Counted from the stretch's first letter, positions 50,715 through 59,500 are shown. The stretch is 64,000 nucleotides of DNA from an uncultured Chloroflexia bacterium (GCA_963797095.1 CAWCNY010000002.1:1216001-1280000); one strand, 5' to 3'. Numbers and translations: made by a program. The notes: generated from the letters alone by a model not told the origin.

Positions 50715-53198
50715 ATGGATCGCGATAACGAGATACAATTCGGGCAGTGGCTCAGGGCACGGCGGCGGGCGCTTGACCTCACGCGCGAGCGTCTGGCCGA
50801 GTGCGTCGGCTGCTCGGCGGCTACTATAGAGAAGCTAGAGACGGGGGAGCGCAAGCCCTCGCGCCAGATAGCGGAATTGCTGGCGCGCTGCATACGGGTG
50901 CCCAAGGAATCGCTTGCCGAGTTCGTGTTATTCGCGCGCGGTGGACCTGCTTTCGTGGCTCTTGATGATTTCGTCCTGCGGCAACCTTTGACGCGGGACG
51001 GTGTGCATCTGCCCGCCTCGCCTACAGAGTTTGTGGGGCGTAGTGCCGAGCTAGAGAGGGTACGCACCTCTATGAAGGACGATGGCGTGCGGCTGCTGAC
51101 CATACTGGGGCCGCCCGGTATCGGTAAGACGCGGCTGGCACTTGAGGCAGCTTCGGGCATGGCTTCGTTATTTGAGAATGGCGTATATTTTGTGCCGCTC
51201 TCAGGGCTGGCGAACGTGAACCTTGTCGTTCCGACCATCGCTGGGCAGTTGGGTATTCGCCAGTGGAGCCACCAGCCGGTGCTTGATGCGCTTGTGGAGC
51301 GATTGCGGGAGAGGTGGTTGCTGCTGGTGCTGGACAACTTGGAGCATCTGCTGCCTGCCGCGCCCGATATAGGGATTTTACTGGCGGGGGCACCGGGCTT
51401 GAAGGTGCTCGCGACGAGCCGCACGGCGCTTCACATCTATGGCGAGCATACGTTTGTGGTGCCTCCTATGTCGGTGCCTTCGGTTGAAGACGCCGCGCTG
51501 CTCCAGGACCTATCGAGGTATGAAGCGATTTCGCTGTTCGTCCGGCGAGCGAGGGCAGTCAACCAGGATTTCGCGTTGACCAGTGAGAACGCGGGAGAGA
51601 TAGTCGCTATTTGCAGGCGGCTCGATGGGCTTCCGCTTGCTATAGAGCTTGCGGCCAACAGGGCGCGGGTGCTTTCGCCGGGGCAAATATTGGAGAGGTT
51701 AGCGAGCAGCCTGGGCCTGCTGGTGGGAGGGGCAAGCGATCTACCTTCCAGGCAAAGGAGCCTGCGTGGCGCAATCGCGTGGGGTTATGATTTGCTTAAT
51801 GAAGGCGAGCAGCGGTTGTTCCGGTTGATGTCAGTGTTTGCCGGTGGGTGTCCGCTTGATGCTTTGCAGGAGATGGCCGTAAGTGGCGATGGTCGGGAGA
51901 TGGGGGTGGTGGACGACCTATCGGCGTTGGTAAGCAGCAGTCTGGTGGGACGGCAGGAGAGCGCCGATGGAGCGCGCTTCTTTATGCTGGATACGATCCG
52001 TGAGTTTGCCTGGGAGCAGTTGGTCGAGCAGGGTGAAGCGGTAGGAACCAGGAGAAAGCATGCAGAGTTCTATCTGCGGCTCGCCGAGCAGGCAGAGCCG
52101 GAATTGCAGGGTGGAGACCAGATCGCCTGGCTCCAGCGTTTGGAGCAAGAGCACGATAATATTCGGGCGGCATATAGCTATTTCCTGGAAGTGGGAGATG
52201 GGGTGTCGCTGGCGCGGATGGTGTCTTCACTGAGGCGGTTCTGGTATTTGCACGGGAATTTCTCGGAGGGGCATGAGTGGCTGAGGCAAGCACTGGCGCT
52301 TGAGGACAGGCTGCCCGATCTGCTGCTTGCCAGAGTGCTGCATGGGCTTGGCACGCTGGAATGGAGCGTGGGGGACCTGAAGTCGGCAGTGCACCATTTT
52401 AGCGAGAGCCTGGCGATATGGAGGGTGTTGGACGACCGCAGAGGGATCGCGGATATGCTGAACAACCTGGGTATCGCTCTGTTGCCGCAGGGTAAGTACG
52501 ACGAAGCGCGAGCGCACCACAGGGAGAGCCTTGAGATTTACCGCGAGCTGGATGATAGCTGGAGCATTTCGCTGGCTCTTGCCAACCTGGGGCTGGTGGC
52601 CCTCGATTCGGGGGAATACGAGGAGGCGGAGGGGTTGTTGCGCGAGAGCCTGGATATCAGGCGGGTATCGGGTGACGAGCAGGGGCTGGCGCAGTCGCTG
52701 AACAACCTGGGGATTGTAGCGCGGTGCAAGGGAGATATCGAATTGTCTTGCGCTCTGCACAAGGAGAGCATCGAGATGTTTCGGGGGATGGGCGACCGGT
52801 GGACACTGGCGATGGCGCTGTCGAACCTGGGCCATACGGGGCTTGGGGGAGGGTTGGCGAGCGCTCCTCGGTATTTCCTGGAAAGTCTCGATATGTTCAG
52901 GGATCTGGGTGCGAAGCAGGGGGTAGCAGGCTGCTTTGAGGGGTTGGCGCAGGTAGCGGGGTGGGAAGGAAGGGACACGCTGGCCGCCTGCCTCTTCGGG
53001 GTGGCGGAGGAGTTGCGTGTTGGGCTTGCCACCATTACACCCTACAACCTGATTACCTACAAGGCTAGTCGCGCCGCTGTGGCCGCGCGCTTGGGCGTGG
53101 AGGCTTTCCAGACGGCATGGCAGCACGGGAGCAGGTTGGACCTGGAAGGGGCTTATTCTTTGGTTGCTGATGCTTGGGCAGCCTTGGTTAGTCACTAA
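50715..53198 (+). CDS. XRE-HTH + STAND/NB-ARC ATPase + TPR regulator
   Basis: HTH (LTRERLAE...KLETGERKPS), Walker A GPPGIGKT, LVLDNLEH, LDGLPLAIELAA, TPRs. Confidence 0.9.
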   Translation: MDRDNEIQFGQWLRARRRALDLTRERLAECVGCSAATIEKLETGERKPSRQIAELLARCIRVPKESLAEFVLFARGGPAFVALDDFVLRQPLTRDGVHLPASPTEFVGRSAELERVRTSMKDDGVRLLTILGPPGIGKTRLALEAASGMASLFENGVYFVPLSGLANVNLVVPTIAGQLGIRQWSHQPVLDALVERLRERWLLLVLDNLEHLLPAAPDIGILLAGAPGLKVLATSRTALHIYGEHTFVVPPMSVPSVEDAALLQDLSRYEAISLFVRRARAVNQDFALTSENAGEIVAICRRLDGLPLAIELAANRARVLSPGQILERLASSLGLLVGGASDLPSRQRSLRGAIAWGYDLLNEGEQRLFRLMSVFAGGCPLDALQEMAVSGDGREMGVVDDLSALVSSSLVGRQESADGARFFMLDTIREFAWEQLVEQGEAVGTRRKHAEFYLRLAEQAEPELQGGDQIAWLQRLEQEHDNIRAAYSYFLEVGDGVSLARMVSSLRRFWYLHGNFSEGHEWLRQALALEDRLPDLLLARVLHGLGTLEWSVGDLKSAVHHFSESLAIWRVLDDRRGIADMLNNLGIALLPQGKYDEARAHHRESLEIYRELDDSWSISLALANLGLVALDSGEYEEAEGLLRESLDIRRVSGDEQGLAQSLNNLGIVARCKGDIELSCALHKESIEMFRGMGDRWTLAMALSNLGHTGLGGGLASAPRYFLESLDMFRDLGAKQGVAGCFEGLAQVAGWEGRDTLAACLFGVAEELRVGLATITPYNLITYKASRAAVAARLGVEAFQTAWQHGSRLDLEGAYSLVADAWAALVSH

Positions 53199-53398
53199 AC
53201 ATGAGACATTGCGAATCTTAAATTCGTGCGTAAAACAGATTGGGAATGACCAAAGACACCACCCTGACCTCTCCCCAAAATTTGGGAAGGGACGTTCTAA
53301 AAAGAGCGAAATTGGCGGATTTGCTGCCAATTTCGCTCTTTTTAGAACCAGATTGCGCGCCTGCGAAGCTGCACCCAAAATGCGGGATGTCTCATGTT
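53198..53398. mobile_element. MITE-like ~200-bp element with 12-bp terminal inverted repeats
   Basis: AACATGAGACAT (53198-53209) / ATGTCTCATGTT (53387-53398); internal long hairpin; partial inverted copy at 12158-12267. Confidence 0.55.
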
Positions 53399-53415
53399 GG
53401 AACGGGAAAAGGTTG

Positions 53416-55902
53416 TTATTCGAGGCCCTTCAGGGAGGCCAGGGGCCACAGGTGGTATTCGATCTCGGCTAACCCAGCTCTTACTACCGCGTCTACTACT
53501 TCCTGGGCCGGTTTGTAGCACTCGTCGGACTCGTCGAGGGGGACGTCGGCTGCGGCGTTGACTATTATGCCCGCTTTGGCGTAGCGCTTGTTGACTTCTT
53601 TCTGGGAAAGTTCGCGCTTGGCGGCTGAGCGGGACATGCGGCGTCCAGCGCCGTGGTTTACCGAGAAGCCGCTTCGGACCGCGCCGGGCAGCGGGCGGAG
53701 GACGAAGCTGTAGTCGTGGTTGCTGCCTGGGATGAGGATGGGGTGGCCGGTGTCTTCCCAGACAGTGCCTTCGAGAGCCGGGTAGCCTGCGGGGAAGGCG
53801 CGAGTGGCACCTTTGCGGTGTACCCACACCTCTCCATAGTCGGGATGCCACTCTTTTTGCACGAGGTTGTGGCTGATCTCGTAGATTAGCTCAAGGTCGG
53901 CCTTGAAGACCTCGCGGAACGCCTCGGCGATCTGCTGGAACAGGATCAGCCGGTTGATGATCGCGAAGTTGCCCCCGGCGGCTACGGCGTTCAGGTAACT
54001 GCGGTAGTGTTTGGAGTCGGGAGTGAAGTAGCCCATGTCGAGGTGCTTGATGCGGTCGGGCTCTTCCTCCTGTGCCATGTGGAAGTAGTTGGTGGCGAGG
54101 CCATGACCGAAGCCCCGGCTCCCGCTGTGCACCTGCACGAAGAGGGTCTGAGTTTCTTCGCTGCGCTGTAGCTCTATGAAGTGATTTCCTCCACCGAGAG
54201 AGCCAAGTTGTGGTATTCCACGCTCCGGCCGGCCTCTGCCTCCCCACGGTATCTGCCATTCTTCGTCTACGGGGATGCGGTTGCGTTCGGCGCGGCTGCG
54301 GTCGAAGGGTGCGCCGTAGCGCGAGATGTAGTAGTCGGCTCCGCCCTTGATGATCTTAACGAACTCATCCTCGGAGAGGGAACGGAGGGTGGTCTTGCTC
54401 TTGCCCCCCGCGCCCATCTCCACGCGTTGCATGACCGCGCGATTGAAGGCTAGGCGGCGTTCGGGGGTGGCGGCGTCGGCGGGCACATTGGACCTGGCGG
54501 AAACCATCCCGCAGTTGTGGACGAACACACCTGCTTCGAGCGCGAAGTTGCCATAGCCTGGGACCGTCAGGCAGTAGACATCCTCTCGATGAACTAACAT
54601 CTCGACCGCCACTACTTTGTGGTTATAGCCATGTTTGTAGCGACGGTGGCTGTGGATGCCAAAGCCTCCTCCCGGTATGACCTCGCCACAGGTTTCGCAG
54701 GTGTGGGACTTGTGAGCAACCTCTGAGGACTTCCTGCGTCCGGTTTCCGATTGGTTATAAGCAATCAGATAAGCCTTGTCGCGTTCCCCATTACCTGCTA
54801 CCGATGCCTTGAAGTGCTCAGGATTCCTCGCCATATACGTGAGTATATTGCGGGTACCTCTCTCGGCCATGTAAGCATAGCCCTCTTCAGTTTGAGCTTT
54901 TGCAGCGAGTGCGGCTTTCCTTGCTGTCTCGAATGCTTCGGACTGGAAGTGCGAATTGCGCTCGCGGAGGCTCTTATGGTAGGCCGTATGGTCGCGGTTC
55001 CCCATAAATGCAAGATTGGTAGGGCGATTATCTGTGGGTGTGAAGTTGCGGTGGTGTATGACGGTCTTCTGTCCATCAAACGAAGGTATTTCGCCCGGTA
55101 ACCCACCTCGGGCCATTATCGAATGCACCCGCTGATCGTTTTCATTGCCTGGGTGGCGCACAACTGTGTAACCGTCACGATCGGTATGTGAGCGGAATGG
55201 CATCAGAGATGTTCCAGGCTGAAGTTCGTGGGCCTGGCGATAGGCACCATCTCGTAGCATGAATTGATGGTTGGGGGTGCAGGTGATTTCGCGGCCATTG
55301 TCGAGGGTGACCTTCACAAGAGAAGCATCCGTGCGGGTTCTTTGGGCGGTGGCGTGGGCCACCACAATTTTGTGGTTGCTATCAAGCGCGTATACATGCA
55401 AGCTCTCTTCTCTATTCACAAGCTCCGCGATTGGATACGACTTACCATCTGCCGTGGGAACAAGTGTATCGCCCGTGAAACAGCCGATGTCATAGCCGAC
55501 CGGACCCATTGCCAGCGTGCCATCGGTGAGGATGACGGAGCCTACCGGCACACCGTAGCCGAAGTGTGCGTCGGGTGTGATTACCACTAGCTTGACGCCT
55601 GGAAAGCGTGTGGCGTTGACGATCTGAGTGTAAAGCACGTCCTCGGCTTCGTCGAGGAGTTTCTGGGTGAAGAAGAGGCGTACAGGCACATCGCCTGTGT
55701 CCTCGGTCTGAAGGTCGAAGTAGCCTTCGGGGTTCTGTCGGACAAGCCACTTCCAGTCGTGGGTGTGGATGATCTTGTCGGGCCGCTTGCCCTCGGATGT
55801 AGCCTGGGCTACCATCTCCTCTTGCGCCTTGGCGTCTATTTTCGCCTGCGTAATGGGAGACGGGATCATGTGCGGCTTGAGCTTTGTTTTCTTTTTAGCC
55901 AT
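53416..55902 (-). CDS. rtcB: RtcB RNA ligase (intein-containing)
   Basis: PDAHFGYGVPVG, VGYDIG/CG, GSLGGGNHFIE, VHSGSRG, SHN, HRKGAT, HGAGR, DE...YK. Confidence 0.95.
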   Translation of the reverse strand: MAKKKTKLKPHMIPSPITQAKIDAKAQEEMVAQATSEGKRPDKIIHTHDWKWLVRQNPEGYFDLQTEDTGDVPVRLFFTQKLLDEAEDVLYTQIVNATRFPGVKLVVITPDAHFGYGVPVGSVILTDGTLAMGPVGYDIGCFTGDTLVPTADGKSYPIAELVNREESLHVYALDSNHKIVVAHATAQRTRTDASLVKVTLDNGREITCTPNHQFMLRDGAYRQAHELQPGTSLMPFRSHTDRDGYTVVRHPGNENDQRVHSIMARGGLPGEIPSFDGQKTVIHHRNFTPTDNRPTNLAFMGNRDHTAYHKSLRERNSHFQSEAFETARKAALAAKAQTEEGYAYMAERGTRNILTYMARNPEHFKASVAGNGERDKAYLIAYNQSETGRRKSSEVAHKSHTCETCGEVIPGGGFGIHSHRRYKHGYNHKVVAVEMLVHREDVYCLTVPGYGNFALEAGVFVHNCGMVSARSNVPADAATPERRLAFNRAVMQRVEMGAGGKSKTTLRSLSEDEFVKIIKGGADYYISRYGAPFDRSRAERNRIPVDEEWQIPWGGRGRPERGIPQLGSLGGGNHFIELQRSEETQTLFVQVHSGSRGFGHGLATNYFHMAQEEEPDRIKHLDMGYFTPDSKHYRSYLNAVAAGGNFAIINRLILFQQIAEAFREVFKADLELIYEISHNLVQKEWHPDYGEVWVHRKGATRAFPAGYPALEGTVWEDTGHPILIPGSNHDYSFVLRPLPGAVRSGFSVNHGAGRRMSRSAAKRELSQKEVNKRYAKAGIIVNAAADVPLDESDECYKPAQEVVDAVVRAGLAEIEYHLWPLASLKGLE
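54514..55482 (-). mobile_element. 323-aa intein with HNH-type endonuclease inserted before the RtcB catalytic Cys
   Basis: CFTGDT N-terminus, ITCTPNH block B, VYCLTVPGYGNFALEAGVFVHN|C C-terminus; central VIHHRNFTPTDNRPTNL..H (HNH). Confidence 0.92.
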
Positions 55903-55998
55903 CTGGGTCCTTTCGTTGCGATCTTCTCTTTGCAAGGGTTGGTTGAATTGTACAATTGAAACTGCCTGATTGGATAGACAAGTGGACGGCGTGATTCG

Positions 55999-56487
55999 AT
56001 GGGCGCTTGGGAGGGCTTCTTTGTTGCGGAGGCCGGGGCTTCGGCTGCTTTGGCCGGGCTGATCTTCGTTGGGGTGTCGATCAACCTTGAGAAGATCATG
56101 ATCACCTCGGGGCTGCCGGGGCGGGCTTTCGAGACATTGCTACTGCTGCAGAACGTGCTGGTGTTATCTTCGGTTTCATTGGTGCCTGAGCAATCTGTAA
56201 CCGCTCTTGGGTTGGAAGTGCTTGCGATCGGGCTTGCAGTTTGGATCTACACAGTGGCTTCGCAGGCCAGTTATGGGAGAAAGCTGGAGGCGCAGTACAG
56301 GGGCTATTTCATCAGGAATGTGGCGCTCACGCAAGTAGCTTTACTACCGTTTCTAATAGCTGCGGTAGTTTTGCTGTTCGATGGGAATACATATGATGGT
56401 GTGTATTGGGTAGTGCCCGGCATGGTATTCTCCTTTGTGGTGGCGATAATAAACGTCTGGGTGCTGCTCGTCGAGATCAATCGCTAG
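55999..56487 (+). CDS. Hypothetical 5-TM membrane protein
   Basis: W..FF.A.AGASAALAGLIFVGVSIN; hydrophobic helices. Confidence 0.75.
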   Translation: MGAWEGFFVAEAGASAALAGLIFVGVSINLEKIMITSGLPGRAFETLLLLQNVLVLSSVSLVPEQSVTALGLEVLAIGLAVWIYTVASQASYGRKLEAQYRGYFIRNVALTQVALLPFLIAAVVLLFDGNTYDGVYWVVPGMVFSFVVAIINVWVLLVEINR

Positions 56488-56512
56488 CGGGGTTGCCAAC
56501 AACATACATGTG

Positions 56513-56596
56513 CGGAAGCGGCAGGACTCGAACCTGCAAAGCCCGAAGGCTCTAGCTGTTTAGCAAACAGGCTCCTGATCCAGCCGGATCACTTCC
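56513..56596 (-). tRNA. tRNA-Ser(GCU), non-canonical, no encoded CCA
   Basis: GGAAGTG/CGCTTCC-G; anticodon loop TTGCTAA; long variable arm GAGCC-TTCG-GGCTT; GCAGGTTCGAGTCCTGC. Confidence 0.85.
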
Positions 56597-56685
56597 ATTT
56601 CAGATTTCAGATTTCGGATTTCTGCTGGTTCTACATTCCGCGTCTAAAATCCGAAATCTGAAATCTAAAATCCAAAATCGATCTG

Positions 56686-56758
56686 TGCCTCCGGCAGGAC
56701 TCGAACCTGCAACCCACGGTTTAAAAGACCGCTGCTCTGGCCGTTGAGCTACGGGGGC
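56686..56758 (-). tRNA. tRNA-Lys(UUU), no encoded CCA
   Basis: GCCCCCG/CGGAGGC-A; GCTC/GAGC D-stem; GCGGT-CTTTTAA-ACCGT; T-arm. Confidence 0.9.
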
Positions 56759-56825
56759 GTGATATATAAGTGGTTGTGGTATCATGGTGTAGTGTGGCGT
56801 GGCACCCCACCGGAAAGGTGATACC

Positions 56826-57347
56826 ATGCGAACAGTGATAATGGCGTTTTGCACGCTATTTGTGTTGTGCCTTGCGGGGTGCGGGTCCGATGAGGGTGTG
56901 CCCTCTACGCAGGTAGAAGTTCTGCATATACAGGCCATGTTGCCAGGTACGGATTGGCACAAGGCGAGCACCGAGAAGAAGGGCGAATTTGAGACGGAGC
57001 GCTGGGAAAACGGCGATGGTACGCTCTTTTTCAGGGTGGCGGATGCTCCTGACGATGCACTGAGCTATCCGCTTATCCAGGCTAGCTCCGTTGCTCAGTA
57101 TATGGCGGTGATGGATTTCCCACCTTCAACCCTGGTGGAAGATTCAACGATGCTTGGGCGTAGCGCCCTGCGTATGGAGGGGGTTTCGCCTGAGAGCGAC
57201 GCTTATCACACGGTCGATTTCGTGTTTATCGCCGGCCTTCGCCATTTCTTCGTGGGTGCAGGCGCAGCCAATTCGGTTTGGGATGCGGGTGGGTCGGATA
57301 CCGTGTACGCCATAATCCAGAGTGCGAAGCTGGCTATAGTCAAGTAG
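56826..57347 (+). CDS. Hypothetical lipoprotein
   Basis: Lipobox LAGC; AAAGGTG RBS. Confidence 0.7.
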   Translation: MRTVIMAFCTLFVLCLAGCGSDEGVPSTQVEVLHIQAMLPGTDWHKASTEKKGEFETERWENGDGTLFFRVADAPDDALSYPLIQASSVAQYMAVMDFPPSTLVEDSTMLGRSALRMEGVSPESDAYHTVDFVFIAGLRHFFVGAGAANSVWDAGGSDTVYAIIQSAKLAIVK

Positions 57348-57374
57348 GAAATTGAACCAAGACGGTTGGAGTAT

Positions 57375-57415
57375 AGGCCACGACAGCGTGCCTGGAGTTC
57401 ACGCCATCGCGGCCC
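57375..57415 (-). other. 16-bp RNA hairpin right after tRNA-Ile(UAU)
   Basis: GGGCCGCGATGGCGTG/CACGCTGTCGTGGCCT pairs fully only on the minus strand (G-U wobbles). Confidence 0.6.
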
Positions 57416-57417
57416 GG

Positions 57418-57490
57418 TCGGCGCGCCCGGAGTTGAACGGGGACCGTCTGTTTATAAGACAGATGTGCAGTACCGCTACACCACACGCCG
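57418..57490 (-). tRNA. tRNA-Ile(UAU)
   Basis: CGGCGTG/CGCGCCG-A; TCTGT-CTTATAA-ACAGA; T-loop TTCAACT (one C-C mismatch in the T-stem). Confidence 0.8.
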
Positions 57491-57567
57491 GGGAGTTTGG
57501 AGCTCGAAGTTTGAGGTTTGAAGTTCCGACTACCGATTACCAGCAACTTCAAACATAGAATCTGGCT

Positions 57568-57653
57568 TGGAGGAAGCGGGGAGGCTCGAACTCCCAAGAC
57601 CCGAAGGTCCAGCCGTTTTCGGGACGGTTTGCTCACCAATTCGCATCGCTCCC
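57568..57653 (-). tRNA. tRNA-Ser(CGA), non-canonical (A8, C33, U73)
   Basis: GGGAGCG/CGCTTCC-T-CCA; loop CCCGAAA; variable arm GGACC-TTCG-GGTCT; GGGAGTTCGAGCCTCCC. Confidence 0.8.
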
Positions 57654-57737
57654 TTGGGGACGGACGAAAGACGAAAGACGAATATAAGGAGTTTGTTTGA
57701 TCGTTCGTCTTTCGTCCTTCCGTCATTTGTCGTACAG

Positions 57738-58307
57738 CTAACCCGGCAGGTAGGGCTGCCACTCTGCTACCAGTTCACCGCTGGCGGTGAAGCGGCGCAG
57801 GATTGCGTAAGGGTTGGGGCGCGGTTCACGTGGGACGGAGCGCAGACGCATCTTTGCCTGGTCGGGGGTGCGCTGCCCCTTCTTGTGATTGCAGTTGGAG
57901 CATGCCGACACGAGGTTGTCCCAGGTGTGGCGGCCACCCTTCGAGCGCGGAAGGATGTGGTCCAGGGTGAGGTCGCGGGTGTGCTTGCCGCAGTATTGGC
58001 AAGTGTAGTTGTCGCGCAGGAAGATCTCATGCCGGGTCAGGGATACTCGGCGTTGCGGGTGGCGCACCATGTACTGTAGCCGGATTACCGACGGGCATTC
58101 CACAATAGTGGATGGTGCGCGTACCATGCCTTCGCTGAACTCCAGCACCTCTGCCTTGCCGGTGAGAGTGAGAGTCAGTGCGCGCCGGGTGGAGCAGACG
58201 TTGAGAGGCTCGAAGTTCTGGTTCAGCACCAGCACAGGCGCGGCCAACAGGTCGATTGCGGATTTTAGATTGCTGACTGCGGATTGATTCTGTAGTTCGT
58301 CTATCAT
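57738..58307 (-). CDS. HNH endonuclease (McrA-like)
   Basis: VLVLNQNFEPL, RDNYTCQYCG, TLDHILPRSKGG..TWDNLVSACSNCNHKKG. Confidence 0.92.
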   Translation of the reverse strand: MIDELQNQSAVSNLKSAIDLLAAPVLVLNQNFEPLNVCSTRRALTLTLTGKAEVLEFSEGMVRAPSTIVECPSVIRLQYMVRHPQRRVSLTRHEIFLRDNYTCQYCGKHTRDLTLDHILPRSKGGRHTWDNLVSACSNCNHKKGQRTPDQAKMRLRSVPREPRPNPYAILRRFTASGELVAEWQPYLPG

Positions 58308-58445
58308 GAATTTGTATTCGGTATGTTGGCCGCGCCTGAGAGGGCGTGTCCAGGGCCTTTATGTCTCCTTTCTTGGGATTTTGGAATTGGAGTCAGGCTA
58401 ATGACTTGGACTTTCGTCGTTCGTCTTTGGTCCTTCGTCCGGTTG

Positions 58446-58521
58446 TGGTGTACCTGGGATGGCTCGAACATCCTACCTGCGCTGTATCAGAACGCTGCTC
58501 TACCGGGTGAGCTACAGGTAC
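58446..58521 (-). tRNA. tRNA-Ile(GAU), divergent
   Basis: GTACCTG/CAGGTAC-A-CCA; GCGTT-CTGATAC-AGCGC; GGATGTTCGAGCCATCC. Confidence 0.85.
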
Positions 58522-58907
58522 ATCTGGGGATGGTTTTCGGGGCTTGTCGCTACAGATTGCGCGCGTTTTGTAGCGCTCTTTCTCTCGGGAAGGCGGGCGG
58601 CTTCCCAGGCATTCGTGTCGCTTCGGCGCGGGGCTTTGAAGTCGAGGCTAACATTGCGGAGCGGTCTGGCGCATTGGAGGTACCTGTTTGTGCCTACTTC
58701 GTGCTTGCGAGACATCTTGCGGCAGGTGACGCACGCGAAGTGGTGTTTGTATGGGATGCGATGATCCTTTGGCTGTGGGAGCACGATTATCAGTGGAAGG
58801 CGGACAGGCTGCGGTATGTAGATGAGATTCCTGAGGAGGTAAGGCGAGGATGCGTCACGACCCAGGATTGTTTTTGTTCGAGGCCTGGCGTTTTCTTTCT
58901 TTTTCAA
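58512..58907 (-). CDS. Small Zn-ribbon-like protein (possibly degenerate; start uncertain)
   Basis: YKHHFACVTCRK...QCARPL...DFKAPRRSD..AW resembles a conserved CxxC..CxxC..FKAP family; the second knuckle is incomplete. Confidence 0.5.
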   Translation of the reverse strand: MKKKENARPRTKTILGRDASSPYLLRNLIYIPQPVRLPLIIVLPQPKDHRIPYKHHFACVTCRKMSRKHEVGTNRYLQCARPLRNVSLDFKAPRRSDTNAWEAARLPERKSATKRAQSVATSPENHPQMYL

Positions 58908-59481
58908 TGCCTTTCATGGCCGCACCCAGACAATCTGAGACGCTTTTGCTGAACCAGGCATGTGCCTTTTGGAGTGCGTGTAAGTCGTCCATAGTAAAGT
59001 GCATATCTGCGACACATTTCGGGTGTGTAATTCGATCTCGTATTGTACTCGCTTCTGTGAATGCCATCCACCCTTCATCGCCTCTATCGAGTTTGAAAGT
59101 GGAGCAAGCAGCCTTACTGAAGAACTTGAACGTGCCAGTTAGGTTATTCGTAGAGCTGATTTTGGCTTTTGAAGTTCTGACGTCGGAATTGTCGTTGAGC
59201 TTGGTTTCTACTTCATTGAGGAATTCAATCTCAACATGGTTGAATTGCACGCCGAGGTCTTGTGCGACAGTTATAACCTTCTGTTTCATGAGGAACAATA
59301 TACCTTCGATACTAGAGAACATTGATCGAGCTAATGCGCGTCCCCAGAACTGGCGGTTGTCGTCAGTAGCTGCTCTGCCACTGCTAAAAATGAAGCTGAT
59401 TTCACTCTTATAAGAATTTAGAAACTGTGTCATCTCGTCTTCATCGAGCGACGAGTTTATACTCTTATTTGAAGCTATCAT
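58855..59481 (-). CDS. Putative HEPN-domain ribonuclease
   Basis: All-helical pattern with an upstream E (FSSIEG) and a C-terminal RxxxxH motif (IRDRITHPK); low GC. Confidence 0.65.
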   Translation of the reverse strand: MIASNKSINSSLDEDEMTQFLNSYKSEISFIFSSGRAATDDNRQFWGRALARSMFSSIEGILFLMKQKVITVAQDLGVQFNHVEIEFLNEVETKLNDNSDVRTSKAKISSTNNLTGTFKFFSKAACSTFKLDRGDEGWMAFTEASTIRDRITHPKCVADMHFTMDDLHALQKAHAWFSKSVSDCLGAAMKGIEKERKRQASNKNNPGS

Positions 59482-59500
59482 GGCCTAACCCTTCTGATAG

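Noticed and set aside
56513-56596. tRNA-Sec call (GGAAG start, long variable arm)
   Set aside because: The anticodon is GCU, not UCA, and the acceptor stem is 7 bp.
57345-57415. Possible extra tRNA (GGTTCAATT T-loop-like sequence)
   Set aside because: No T-stem or acceptor pairing; the region is better explained as a simple 16-bp hairpin.
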